Below are positions 1-9,144 of a stretch of 26,886 nt of DNA, piece by piece (positions within the stretch are counted from its first letter, which is position 1; every line of letters begins with the position of its first letter). The DNA is taken from positions 1 through 26,886 of the forward strand of contig JBBRXO010000025.1 in NCBI GenBank assembly GCA_038248345.1. Reading direction: 5' to 3'. This DNA is from Armatimonadota bacterium (GTDB lineage: Bacteria; Armatimonadota; Hebobacteria; CAIYQO01). Position numbers and translations under genes: made by a program. The notes under the pieces were generated by a model. The model saw nothing but the letters and a program-made list of their open reading frames with translations. It had not been told where the DNA came from and did not search any database.

Positions 1-1
1 A

Positions 2-199
2 GGATTGGAGGTGGGCAAGGTGCTCACCTGGACGAGTATCGGCTCCATCTTCGGCCCGCTCTTCAGCGGCTACTTCGCCGCTTTCGATGTCCGCCTCCCC
101 TTCTTCGCCAGTGGTGTGATAATGGCAGTAGCTGTCATTCCGCTATTCTGGTTGAATCTAAAGTTGCCTGCGCCGGATGCAACTGTGGAAAATGCGTAA
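2..199 (+). CDS. MFS transporter, C-terminal fragment (truncated by window edge)
   Basis: Last two TM helices with MFS-like SIGSIFGPLFSGYFA...RLPFF; the frame is open to the window start. Confidence 0.75.
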   Translation, partial: GLEVGKVLTWTSIGSIFGPLFSGYFAAFDVRLPFFASGVIMAVAVIPLFWLNLKLPAPDATVENA

Positions 200-392
200 T
201 AGCGAAAATTAAATTTGCCTCTTCTGTCAGTAACAATTTTAAACAAAAATGTAAAATTTTTGCCACTAATCACGATTATTGTATTTTCATTATTGACATC
301 TCATGGTATTATTTTAAGTGTAGTGAGGAAAGCGGTAAGTTTATTGATTTGGCCGCTTCTTCCATTTTTACGCCCATGAGGCGAAAGGAGCT

Positions 393-2234
393 ATGGTAAT
401 GTCTACACATCGTCGGTTTGATCTAGCCAGAATGATCGTAGTCGTAGCTGCGATCTGGCTGGCCGTAGGTGCGTTCGGGGCGGAGGTACGCTTAAGCGAT
501 CTCATACCCCCTGCGAACGCCATCTGGAACCCGGTCTTTGGCGATATCTCGTCAGTCCAGGTTCAGTCTATCAAAGCAGACAACATGAATGCCATGCTGC
601 GCATGAGCCTCACCGGTCTGCATCTGGCGCCCATCTTTCGGGATAAGATGGCGTTTACCCGCCTCTCGCTACCGGATGCCGGAGTTACTAACGAGATCGG
701 TTTGCCGGAGATACCGGTAGTACGACAACTGGTGGCTGTCCCTGAAGGCGCTATCGTAACCCTGACTGTTACCCCTGGCCCCTCGAAGATGGTGGAAGAT
801 CTGAACGTTTACCCAGTGCAGGAGCCAGTGCCCGAGGCCTTAATAGCCAATGCGGGCTTGATGGTAATGCCTTTCAAGCAAAACAAAAGTTTCTACAATC
901 TAAGATCGCCTTACCCAGCGCAACTTGCCCATGTATCTGAACCGATGAAGATACGGGACGTAACAGTGGTAATGCTGGAGATGTCGCCCATGCAATATCG
1001 GCCTGGATCAAAGCAGCTTACCGTTTATGAAAACCTGGACGTAAAACTTACCTATACAATGCCGAAAACTGGCAACACCCGGGTGCCACCAGGTCTGATA
1101 CGCCGCGACGACACTAAAATCAATACAGATGTAATAAAAATCGATAGAGACGTGAAATTTACCGATAAGAACATAATGGCAGCCAGATCGTTCATTCTTA
1201 ACGCTGACATGTACCGTATCCCGAAAAATTTCAAGATCATGTACGACTACCTGATTATCACCCCGGATGCCTACGTGCCCAATCTAAAACCTTTGGTGGA
1301 TTGGAAACGCGAACGCGGACTGAGTGTCAGGGTGGCCAAGCTCTCCGAAACAGGCACCACGGTGAATAGTATCAAAGCATACATTCAAGACATGTATACA
1401 AATAGTGGTATTCGTTACGTGTTGCTGGTGGGTGATACCAACTCTATCCCCGCATATATGTACGCCGGAACCGCCGCTTCGGACTATTTCTACTCGCTAG
1501 TATCGGGGTTCGACCCGCTGGCAGATATTGCCGTCGGTCGTTTTTCCGCGCGCAGTGCCACCGAGGTAGCTAACATGGTGAAGAAATCGGTAGACTATGA
1601 GCAGACTCCCTATGTTGGCAACACCGCCTGGTACAAAAAAGCGACCCTTATCTCTGATGCGGGCTATTTCCAGGATACCTCCAACTGGGTGGCGTCCTTC
1701 CTCACCGCACGCGGTTATACCGTGACGAAACTATACCAGTCACTGGGCAATGCCAATGTAGCGAATGTCACTGCCGCTATCAATGGTGGCAGCGCCTTCG
1801 TCAACTATCGCGGACATGGCTGGGAAGACGGCTGGGGAACCAGTGGATTCTCCAACACCAATGTCAATGCACTCACTAATGGCCGAATGCTACCGGTCAT
1901 CATCAGCCCCACCTGCCTTACCGGCTGTTATGACGCTCCCTCCGATTGCTACTCGGAGACCTGGTTGAAGACCTTCGGTGCGGGTACTCCGCGTGGCGCT
2001 GTGGCATATTGGGGATCATCCCGCATCAGCTACGGTGGCTACAACGACGAGCTGTGCAAAGGCGCATACAAAGCGCTCTTCAATGACAATATTCCCTGTA
2101 TAGGAGATATAGCGAACAAAGCGAAGATCTACATGATCTGTACCTACTCATATGATGACGCCGCCAAGCATGAGCTCCACTTCTTCAATCTCTTCGGCGA
2201 CCCCGAATTGCATGTGTGGACAGCAGCGCCATAA
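393..2234 (+). CDS. C25 family (gingipain-like) cysteine peptidase with propeptide
   Basis: Signal-like hydrophobic N-terminus; propeptide motif GLPEIPVVRQLVAVP; catalytic-domain motifs YLIITP, YVLLVGD, SDYFY, DIAVGRF, NYRGHG (His), PTCLTG (Cys), FNLFGDP; AAGGAG RBS upstream. Confidence 0.9.
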   Translation: MVMSTHRRFDLARMIVVVAAIWLAVGAFGAEVRLSDLIPPANAIWNPVFGDISSVQVQSIKADNMNAMLRMSLTGLHLAPIFRDKMAFTRLSLPDAGVTNEIGLPEIPVVRQLVAVPEGAIVTLTVTPGPSKMVEDLNVYPVQEPVPEALIANAGLMVMPFKQNKSFYNLRSPYPAQLAHVSEPMKIRDVTVVMLEMSPMQYRPGSKQLTVYENLDVKLTYTMPKTGNTRVPPGLIRRDDTKINTDVIKIDRDVKFTDKNIMAARSFILNADMYRIPKNFKIMYDYLIITPDAYVPNLKPLVDWKRERGLSVRVAKLSETGTTVNSIKAYIQDMYTNSGIRYVLLVGDTNSIPAYMYAGTAASDYFYSLVSGFDPLADIAVGRFSARSATEVANMVKKSVDYEQTPYVGNTAWYKKATLISDAGYFQDTSNWVASFLTARGYTVTKLYQSLGNANVANVTAAINGGSAFVNYRGHGWEDGWGTSGFSNTNVNALTNGRMLPVIISPTCLTGCYDAPSDCYSETWLKTFGAGTPRGAVAYWGSSRISYGGYNDELCKGAYKALFNDNIPCIGDIANKAKIYMICTYSYDDAAKHELHFFNLFGDPELHVWTAAP

Positions 2235-2262
2235 CCTTCGTGTTTGAGCAAAAAACCCATAT

Positions 2263-2297
2263 ATCAGGCCCGCATGCTTCCGGTGTGCGGGCCTGAT
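2263..2297 (+). terminator. Hairpin after the C25 peptidase gene, probable intrinsic terminator
   Basis: ATCAGGCCCGCATGC-TTCCG-GTGTGCGGGCCTGAT, 15-bp stem with two G-U pairs; the U-tail is weak. Confidence 0.65.
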
Positions 2298-2312
2298 TGA
2301 TAATTACCCCGT

Positions 2313-2341
2313 TTGACGCTATCCGGCTACTATGCCATAAT
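2313..2341 (+). promoter_or_regulatory. sigma70-type promoter, copy 1
   Basis: TTGACG (2313-2318), 17 nt spacer ending TGC, CATAAT (2336-2341); extended -10 TGn. Confidence 0.7.
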
Positions 2342-2381
2342 CGATATAGTAAATATTAGAGAAATGTGGCGGAGAGGCTGA

Positions 2382-3191
2382 ATGTTTGATACAACAGAAG
2401 AGTTATTGAAACGTTTTCGCTTCGATGAACAGTCTGTCACCACCGCCCCGAAAGAATGCCTGAAAAAGGAACTGTGGGGAAAATTCAATACGGCTTTATC
2501 TTCCAGCAACGATGAGGAGTTTTTGCTGAAATTAAAACTCCTCACCCAGGACGAAGATGGGAAGATTTTCCCGAGTGTTAGCGGAATTCTGATGGCCTGC
2601 GAAGAGCCGGAGAAGTATCTCACCAATGCCTTCATTCAGGCGGTTTATTATCGCGGCACTGAGCGGAACGGCGGCTTCCAATTGGACGCCAAAGACATTA
2701 CCGGCCCGTTGGATGTACAGATCGCCGCCGCCTGCAGATTCGTGGAAAGTAATATGAAAGTTGCCGCGATCAAAGACCCGATGCGCATTGATATACCGCA
2801 ATATTCGATGCAGGCGGTGTTTGAGGCAGTAGTAAACGCCGTGGCACATCGAGATTATTTCATCCAAAGCTCGAAAATCCGCCTGCATATGTTCGCGGAT
2901 CGGCTGGAGCTATACTCCCCTGGCACAATTCCCAACACTATGACCATCGACAGCCTCCCTTTACGTCAGGCGGCCCGCAATGAGTTACTCACCAGCCTAC
3001 TCGCGCGTTGCCCTATGATAGACAGGGAATATCACGGGAAGAGAAGTTTTCTCATGGATAAACGAGGTGAGGGAGTCCCCGTTATTCTCACCGAGAGCGA
3101 AATACTCTCCGGTAGAAGACCAGTGTATCGCTTGATTGATGATTCCGAATTGATGCTGACCATTTATGCTTCTAATCCACATGGTGTATGA
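2382..3191 (+). CDS. ATP-binding protein of the AlbA_2 + RecG-C-like (HATPase_c_4) family, lacking its AlbA_2 domain; possible pseudogene
   Basis: EAVVNAVAHRDY, IRLHMFADRLELYSPG, RNELLTSLL and DKRGEGV motifs; homologous to the C-terminal two-thirds of the 19777-20916 protein but without its LGED..EFK/AFSN..GG domain. Confidence 0.8.
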   Translation: MFDTTEELLKRFRFDEQSVTTAPKECLKKELWGKFNTALSSSNDEEFLLKLKLLTQDEDGKIFPSVSGILMACEEPEKYLTNAFIQAVYYRGTERNGGFQLDAKDITGPLDVQIAAACRFVESNMKVAAIKDPMRIDIPQYSMQAVFEAVVNAVAHRDYFIQSSKIRLHMFADRLELYSPGTIPNTMTIDSLPLRQAARNELLTSLLARCPMIDREYHGKRSFLMDKRGEGVPVILTESEILSGRRPVYRLIDDSELMLTIYASNPHGV

Positions 3192-3216
3192 TGATCTTTT
3201 TTTACACCCTTCCCGT

Positions 3217-3245
3217 TTGACGCTATCGCGTGACTGTGCCATAAT
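3217..3245 (+). promoter_or_regulatory. sigma70-type promoter, copy 2 (trpB promoter)
   Basis: TTGACG (3217-3222), 17 nt spacer ending TGC, CATAAT (3240-3245); lies in a 38-nt direct repeat of 2308-2345. Confidence 0.7.
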
Positions 3246-3303
3246 CGATGTAATGATTTTTAACTGAGGTAGAGGTGCTTTTGTGGGGGACGTGGGAGAG
3301 AAA

Positions 3304-4497
3304 ATGACGGTGGAATTACCCGATGCGCGGGGGTACTTTGGCGATTTTGGTGGTTGCTATGTGCCAGAGACACTGAAAACGCCGCTGGAGGAGCTGGCCG
3401 GCGCCTATACGCAGGCGTGTGCTGATCCGGCGTATACCACGGAGTTGGCGAGTTACCTGCGTGACTACGTGGGGCGGCCGACGTTGCTCTACCGTGCGGA
3501 TAGACTCACCGAGTATTTCGGCGGGGCAACCATCTACCTGAAGCGCGAGGATCTGTGCCACACGGGCTCGCACAAGCTGAACAATGTGCTGGGACAAGCG
3601 TTGCTGGCGCGGCGTATGGGCAAGACGCGCCTCATCGCCGAGACCGGGGCGGGGCAGCACGGTGTGGCCACCGCCACCATCGCCGCGCTATTTGGCATGT
3701 CCTGCGTCATCTACATGGGGTCAGAGGATGTCGAGCGCCAGGCGCTCAACGTCTTCCGTATGCGCCTGCTGGGGGCGACGGTGGTATCGGTAGACAGCGG
3801 CAGCCAGACGCTGAAAGACGCCATCAACGAAGCCTTCCGCGACTGGGTTACTAATCTCTACGATACCTTCTACGTCTTCGGCACTGCCGCTGGCCCGGCG
3901 CCGTATCCGCAGATGGTACGCGATTTCCAACAGGTGATCAGCCGCGAGATTAGGGCACAATGCTACGAAAAAATCGGTAAATTACCCGACGCGGTGGTCG
4001 CCTGTGTGGGCGGGGGCAGCAATGCCATCGGCGCTTTCAGCGACTTCATCAATGACCCGTCAGTGGCGCTCTACGGCGTGGAGGCGGCGGGCTACGGCCT
4101 GGATACCGACATGCACTCGGCCACCATCTGCCTGGGCCGGCCGGGCGTGTTGCATGGCAGCCACAGCTATCTCCTGCAGGATGAGCATGGGCAAATCATC
4201 CCCACACATTCAATTTCTGCCGGTCTTGATTATCCGGGCGTGGGGCCGGAGCACAGCTTCCTGCAAGCGAGTGGGCGCGCTACCTATGTGGCGGTGGCCG
4301 ATGCCGAGGTAGTGGAGGCCTTCCAACGCCTCTGCCAGCTGGAGGGCATTTTGCCCGCGCTGGAGAGTTCGCACGCAATCGCATATTTATCCACCCTTGC
4401 CCCGGCGCTTGGCGCGGGCAAGGTCATTGTAGTCTGCCTTTCAGGTCGTGGAGATAAAGATGTCCAACATGTCCAACGATACCTTGACGCCCGCTGA
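3304..4497 (+). CDS. trpB: Tryptophan synthase beta chain (TrpB1 type)
   Basis: [24 protein letters not shown] (PLP Lys), [41 protein letters not shown] 3304 follows GGAG (alternative GTG 3283). Confidence 0.97.
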   Translation: MTVELPDARGYFGDFGGCYVPETLKTPLEELAGAYTQACADPAYTTELASYLRDYVGRPTLLYRADRLTEYFGGATIYLKREDLCHTGSHKLNNVLGQALLARRMGKTRLIAETGAGQHGVATATIAALFGMSCVIYMGSEDVERQALNVFRMRLLGATVVSVDSGSQTLKDAINEAFRDWVTNLYDTFYVFGTAAGPAPYPQMVRDFQQVISREIRAQCYEKIGKLPDAVVACVGGGSNAIGAFSDFINDPSVALYGVEAAGYGLDTDMHSATICLGRPGVLHGSHSYLLQDEHGQIIPTHSISAGLDYPGVGPEHSFLQASGRATYVAVADAEVVEAFQRLCQLEGILPALESSHAIAYLSTLAPALGAGKVIVVCLSGRGDKDVQHVQRYLDAR

Positions 4498-5566
4498 TGA
4501 GCGTCCGCCCATACGTCGTCGCCGCTCACCGTGGCGTATTTTCTTCGCACTCTTATGCGTGGCGGCCGGTGGCTGGTATGCCTGGCATACTGCCCCACCA
4601 GCGATAGATACCTACGAAGCGGCGCGGCGTGTTGAAATAACCAATACCGTCAGCCCGATGGTAGAAGCGCTGGAGCAGGAGATCAATCCGCCAAACCTCA
4701 AACCCGTCAGTAAGTTGCCGCAACTTACTACCGCTTTTTTTGAGGCCAATGATACGGTAGCCTACGTACGGCTATGGAATAACAAGGGCGAGATGCTCTG
4801 TGAGGTGTCGCGCCTGGATAGCAAGACGATACTAACCACACCGCAACTGCCGGATTTAGGTGCCCGGGACGCCTTCCGAATGGCGGTGGACTGGACGCAT
4901 GATGCCGAATGGCGCAAGCCGATCATTGATCTTCGCCCGCTACTTTTGGGGCAAAATAATCTATCTGATTCTCTGCTGGCAACGGTAGATTCCAAAACAA
5001 TCACTCCGAACACCCGGCTGGATCTGTATTTGCAACAACAGAGTATATACGACTCCGTTGACAAACAAGTGATCTTTTATCCAGAGCTACAAGTAGCCAC
5101 TGTGCCGATGAACTCAATATTGGAGCTACTGAGTGGCAAAGAAGATATCTCTAACATCCAAGCTGCCGTCGATTTGTCACAAACAGCAGAGACGACGCTC
5201 TCACTGGCGGTGGAGAACCGACGCCTGGTCTTCGACGAAACGGGCGCGTTGCCACAAAATCTAGCCGGGCAAGCACCGGCGGGGGGGATGCTCTCCGCAA
5301 TATGGACAGTGGTGAATGCGCGACGGGTGATGGCCCCCATCTTCGGCAACGCGTTTGGTGAAAATCCGATCCCCACCGCGGCTGTTGTTGAAATCGGAAG
5401 CTTCTCCCGCGCGTATGAATTGTGGCAGTCGGTAGTATTCGCTTGCTGGCCGTCGTTTATCGCGCTGTTGTTGTCCATCCTTTTCCTGGTCTGGCCACGG
5501 CACAAGACAAAGAAAGAAAAGGCCATGGAGAACTACGAAAACCCACCGTTTTCGTTTGAGAAATAA
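4460..5566 (+). CDS. Hypothetical membrane protein with two TM helices flanking a large extracytoplasmic domain
   Basis: RRRR followed by hydrophobic [17 protein letters not shown]-terminal [21 protein letters not shown] then a basic tail; GGAG at 4450 precedes ATG 4460 (start uncertain; overlaps trpB end). Confidence 0.7.
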   Translation: MSNMSNDTLTPADERPPIRRRRSPWRIFFALLCVAAGGWYAWHTAPPAIDTYEAARRVEITNTVSPMVEALEQEINPPNLKPVSKLPQLTTAFFEANDTVAYVRLWNNKGEMLCEVSRLDSKTILTTPQLPDLGARDAFRMAVDWTHDAEWRKPIIDLRPLLLGQNNLSDSLLATVDSKTITPNTRLDLYLQQQSIYDSVDKQVIFYPELQVATVPMNSILELLSGKEDISNIQAAVDLSQTAETTLSLAVENRRLVFDETGALPQNLAGQAPAGGMLSAIWTVVNARRVMAPIFGNAFGENPIPTAAVVEIGSFSRAYELWQSVVFACWPSFIALLLSILFLVWPRHKTKKEKAMENYENPPFSFEK

Positions 5567-5583
5567 GATCATTTGAATTTATC

Positions 5584-5745
5584 CCTAGGGCGTTGCCCTA
5601 GGCTATCGAATCATTGCCTTTCAGGCAATCACAATTGGATGGTCTATTGGGCTTAAAATATCTATTTTTAGGTAAAAAGAACGATTTGAAGGGGCGGCCT
5701 TTGCCTGAAGGGCAAACATTCGATAGCCTGGGGCACCGCCCTAGG
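5584..5745. repeat. REPIN-like element: two inverted 45-nt palindromic units with a 72-nt AT-rich spacer
   Basis: 5584-5628 matches the reverse complement of 5701-5745 at 40/45; each unit has two internal hairpins (CCTAGGGC-GTT-GCCCTAGG and TTGCCT-TTC-AGGCAA). Confidence 0.8.
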
Positions 5746-5803
5746 TCGTCTTCAAATAGGGTTTTGTAATTCCCTTGTGCGTTCCGGGCATCCCCGGGCT
5801 TCT

Positions 5804-6658
5804 CTACCGTCCCAGCTCCAACCTATACCGGCATTTCTCCCGTTCGCCGTGCAGGTATTGATCGCTGTCTGTTGGCAGTTTGAAGATATCTACCAGCCGT
5901 GCGCCCAGATGTTCGATAGTTCGGCGTGAGGGGAGGTTGGGCGGGTTGGCGGTGATCCACAGGGTATCCATACCGCTGGTGCGGGCGAGCGGGAGCAGGA
6001 GGCGGCAGGCGCGCAATGCGTAATGGTGACCTCGATATGCCTGGTCTATCCCATAGCCGATATGTCCCCCGTAGGTGATGATGGAGTAGGAATTGCCGAT
6101 GCGTAAGTCGATGTGCCCCACATTCATCCCATGGGCACGGATGGCGAATTCATAGACGGGTATCAACATACGTAGCGGGTTGCCAGGGGTGCGCCGCAAC
6201 AGTACCAGCTCCAATTCGTTGTCATGCAGAATAGGCTCTGCCATGGCAGGAAGCTCGATGTTTACACCGCGCATGAAGCGATAGGACGGCCATGCTTCGA
6301 GATCGAGACGGTGCACGCGCGCATACTCCGGTATCACCCGCCGCCAGAAGCCAACTTCCCCGGCGACATCTACCCGCCACCAGCCGGCAAACCGGCCAAA
6401 GAGTTGCTCCACTACCGCCCGCCCCACCCCGCCGCGGCGAAATTCGGGCTGCACTGCCAAGTGTTGCAGATAAAATTCCTGCGTGGTATGGTCGATCCCC
6501 ACCCCCGCGAAACCTGCCTGAGCGCCGTTGAGCAGAATGACATAAGGGTAATTCTTCCCCGCACGCCACTCCGCGAGGAAATTCCGGTGGTACGTGCGCA
6601 TATGTTCATCAATTGTGGTGGCTGGGATAAGCCGAATGTCGATCGTATTGAATTGCAT
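5804..6658 (-). CDS. Tandem GNAT-family N-acetyltransferase
   Basis: Two acetyl-CoA motif-A regions: LAVQPEFRRGGVGR and GHIGYGIDQAYRGHHYA...NLPSRRTIEHLGA; begins immediately after the radical SAM stop. Confidence 0.85.
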   Translation of the reverse strand: MQFNTIDIRLIPATTIDEHMRTYHRNFLAEWRAGKNYPYVILLNGAQAGFAGVGIDHTTQEFYLQHLAVQPEFRRGGVGRAVVEQLFGRFAGWWRVDVAGEVGFWRRVIPEYARVHRLDLEAWPSYRFMRGVNIELPAMAEPILHDNELELVLLRRTPGNPLRMLIPVYEFAIRAHGMNVGHIDLRIGNSYSIITYGGHIGYGIDQAYRGHHYALRACRLLLPLARTSGMDTLWITANPPNLPSRRTIEHLGARLVDIFKLPTDSDQYLHGEREKCRYRLELGR

Positions 6659-6661
6659 CAA

Positions 6662-8179
6662 TTACCCCCGTGCCCGCCACGTGTGCCAGGCAAAGAGGGC
6701 GCGCCACAGGAAAACCTGTCCCTGTCCCAAAATCTGCAACATGACACGTTTGGCGAACGGCACGCCCGCGCCAGTCTGATTATCCCAGAACATACGCGGC
6801 ACCCACTTGAAATTAATCTCGTAGGCGGTCTTAAATATCTGCCAGTGAACGCGGGAGAAATCGCGAGCGATAGGGGCGACAATATCATCCAACGGGGCGT
6901 AGAACATTGGAAAAACGGAGATGCGGTCATTTTTTAGTCGCTGTACCAGCGACATCGTCCGTGCCACATCTGCGGGCGTCTCCCCCGGTAATCCGAGTAC
7001 TAGGCTGACCATCGGGAAGAACCCTGCACGGCTTAATCTGTCCAGCTGTGCCACGCAGAAATCTTCCCATTGTTCCGGCGGGCAACTGCCCATCTTCGGC
7101 GCCCCGCCGTTCTTCTTCAGCAATTCGCCGGAGGCGGTCTCTACCCCCACGTTCACCCATGGGTAGTCGTGCTTCACTTCACCCACCAGCAGGTCATGCA
7201 CGGTGCGCAATTCGGCATCGCTGTAAGCGGCGATAGAGATGGCGTTGGCGTGGTCGATCTGGATCAGCTTCAGACCTTTTATGGTACGCAACTGGCGCAG
7301 CAACTCGATGAGCGCGCTCGGATTCACCTTCACTCCGGTCGCGCCGTAACGGAAGAAATCCTCGCTCAATGCAGCGATACTGGTATTCCCCGCCGCAATA
7401 TTGGTGTTCATATCCGATATTATCGTCGCAGCAGGCAAGTGGCGCATGGGCACACAAGCGATGGTGCAGAAGGAGCAACCGAGACCACAGCCACGGCTCA
7501 ACTCCACCACGCCCATGGTACTGGGGTGTGCGATAGCCGGGACATCCTCCGTCGCCACATTCTCCCCGGCGATCACGGGAGGCAACGGCTGTCCGGTCAG
7601 AATTTGTCGATATATCTGGGCGATGTTGCCCTCACAATAGCCAGCGATAATATGATTGATGCCAAGGACGGCCAACTGTTCCGGGTGATCCCGCAACTGC
7701 CAGGCCCCGGCTCCCCCCATGATCACCTTTGCCTCCGCCGCGCTGACGGCAATCTGACGTTGTACCGTGCGGAGCAACCGGCGAAACATCACTTGTGGAT
7801 AAATTTGCCCACCCATGATCCCCACCATAGTATTAGTGTTCATGCCCAGCCCCAGCGGCTCACCGGCAGCGATACCAACAATGCGCGTGTTCTCCCCGAT
7901 GGCCTCCGCCAGCTGGTCTTCATTCACTACGGCCACTTCATCTGCACTGAAGCCTCCCGCCAGCAACGCCGCCTCCACGCGGCGCAAGCCTAGCGGGGCA
8001 GTACGTGCGCGCCCGTCCGCTGTGTTCCGCGGTTGCGGCATCAATAGTGAATTCATTATCGGTGCCGGGGTGATAGTAGTTTGGCTAGCGGTGAGCATAC
8101 CATCAAAAAGGATATCGTAATCCGCCATCAACGAGCGATCAGCTGTCAGTACCACTAGATATCCGCCAGGTTTACGCAC
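6662..8179 (-). CDS. B12-binding-like domain radical SAM protein
   Basis: ELSRGCGLGCSFC (CxxxCxxC); N-terminal VIMGGAGAWQL; VNVGVETAS; LVLGLPGET; GTG start abuts the upstream stop. Confidence 0.9.
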   Translation of the reverse strand: MRKPGGYLVVLTADRSLMADYDILFDGMLTASQTTITPAPIMNSLLMPQPRNTADGRARTAPLGLRRVEAALLAGGFSADEVAVVNEDQLAEAIGENTRIVGIAAGEPLGLGMNTNTMVGIMGGQIYPQVMFRRLLRTVQRQIAVSAAEAKVIMGGAGAWQLRDHPEQLAVLGINHIIAGYCEGNIAQIYRQILTGQPLPPVIAGENVATEDVPAIAHPSTMGVVELSRGCGLGCSFCTIACVPMRHLPAATIISDMNTNIAAGNTSIAALSEDFFRYGATGVKVNPSALIELLRQLRTIKGLKLIQIDHANAISIAAYSDAELRTVHDLLVGEVKHDYPWVNVGVETASGELLKKNGGAPKMGSCPPEQWEDFCVAQLDRLSRAGFFPMVSLVLGLPGETPADVARTMSLVQRLKNDRISVFPMFYAPLDDIVAPIARDFSRVHWQIFKTAYEINFKWVPRMFWDNQTGAGVPFAKRVMLQILGQGQVFLWRALFAWHTWRARG

Positions 8180-8995
8180 TTATAATTCCTTCCGCGCGAA
8201 CTTCTCCAGGTCGTCGATCAAGTCATCAATTTCGTCGTTCTTCACCGCCACCGTCTCGGTAACCGGGCCACCACATTCGGGACAACACTCGGCACCCACG
8301 CTCCCCGGGCGCGCCAGCTGCCCGCACACCGGGCAGGCGATTTTGGTGCGGGTGTAATACATGCGCCGTGCCGCTGCGTCTGGCTGCATCAATAGACCGG
8401 GGGCACCGGCGATGGCTGCATCTTTGCGGTAATGCGGGAAGATTATCGCCCCTTGCGGGCAAATGCGGCTACATGCCGGGCAGCCAGGTTTGCATTTGTC
8501 CGGGTTAGCCACCAGAATACTCCCATCCTCAGCTTGCTCATAGACGCCGAAGAGGCAAAATTGCACACAATGTCCACAATCTATACACCGAGCGTAGTCC
8601 ACCACCGGGTACCAGCGCGGGGGCACGGCAAGCGTCCAATCCACCACATTGCCTGCCACCGCCCCCACTGCACAATATTCGCTTATGGAGTTGCACGCAT
8701 CCGCGGCGGTGGCATAGTCGGCAATATTCACCGCAATTAAGCCCGGCAACTGATGCCCCGCCAGCAACAATTGCGCTGGGCGCGGGTGCACATCGCTCAA
8801 CAACAGCACCGGGGTGGTGAGTTCATGCAACTGGCACCATATCGGAGCATCCGCCCCAATATCGTACAAGGATGGAATACGTACCACATTCACCCCGGCT
8901 GCAGCACAGCATTGCGCCACTGCCGCTTCCTGGCCAGCCAGCGGGCAATGCAGCTCAAGTGTCGATATTAATACTGTTCCACAAAGCGTAGCCAT
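8180..8995 (-). CDS. 2x[4Fe-4S] ferredoxin-domain protein with C-terminal Zn-ribbon-like motif
   Basis: [21 protein letters not shown] and [13 protein letters not shown]; later CPVCG...CCPECG; acidic tail. Confidence 0.85.
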   Translation of the reverse strand: MATLCGTVLISTLELHCPLAGQEAAVAQCCAAAGVNVVRIPSLYDIGADAPIWCQLHELTTPVLLLSDVHPRPAQLLLAGHQLPGLIAVNIADYATAADACNSISEYCAVGAVAGNVVDWTLAVPPRWYPVVDYARCIDCGHCVQFCLFGVYEQAEDGSILVANPDKCKPGCPACSRICPQGAIIFPHYRKDAAIAGAPGLLMQPDAAARRMYYTRTKIACPVCGQLARPGSVGAECCPECGGPVTETVAVKNDEIDDLIDDLEKFARKEL

Positions 8996-9144
8996 AATAG
9001 TTGATGCTATAACAACACTTGCACGCCTATGTTGTCAAGGTGAAGATCAATATATTATCACCAACGCCGGTAATACTGTGAAAACATTGCAATAATACCA
9101 CCAGTGCAATACAATACTCACATGAGGATTGCTGGGAGGTAACC

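Noticed and set aside
293..320. Perfect TTGACA upstream of the C25 gene
   Set aside because: No convincing -10 hexamer at 16-18 nt spacing, so not called as a promoter.
5584..5745. CRISPR array or integron attC interpretation of the repeats
   Set aside because: Only two units, inverted rather than direct; no cas or integrase gene; no clear RYYYAAC/GTTRRRY ends.
7070..7993. 307-aa plus-strand ORF (and 6224-6937, 237 aa)
   Set aside because: Antisense shadows of the radical SAM and GNAT genes in GC-rich DNA; no motifs or RBS.
9076..9093. Possible Rex operator CTGTGAAAACATTGCAAT upstream of the redox operon
   Set aside because: Only the left half matches TTGTGAA-N4-TTCACAA; too weak without a PWM scan.
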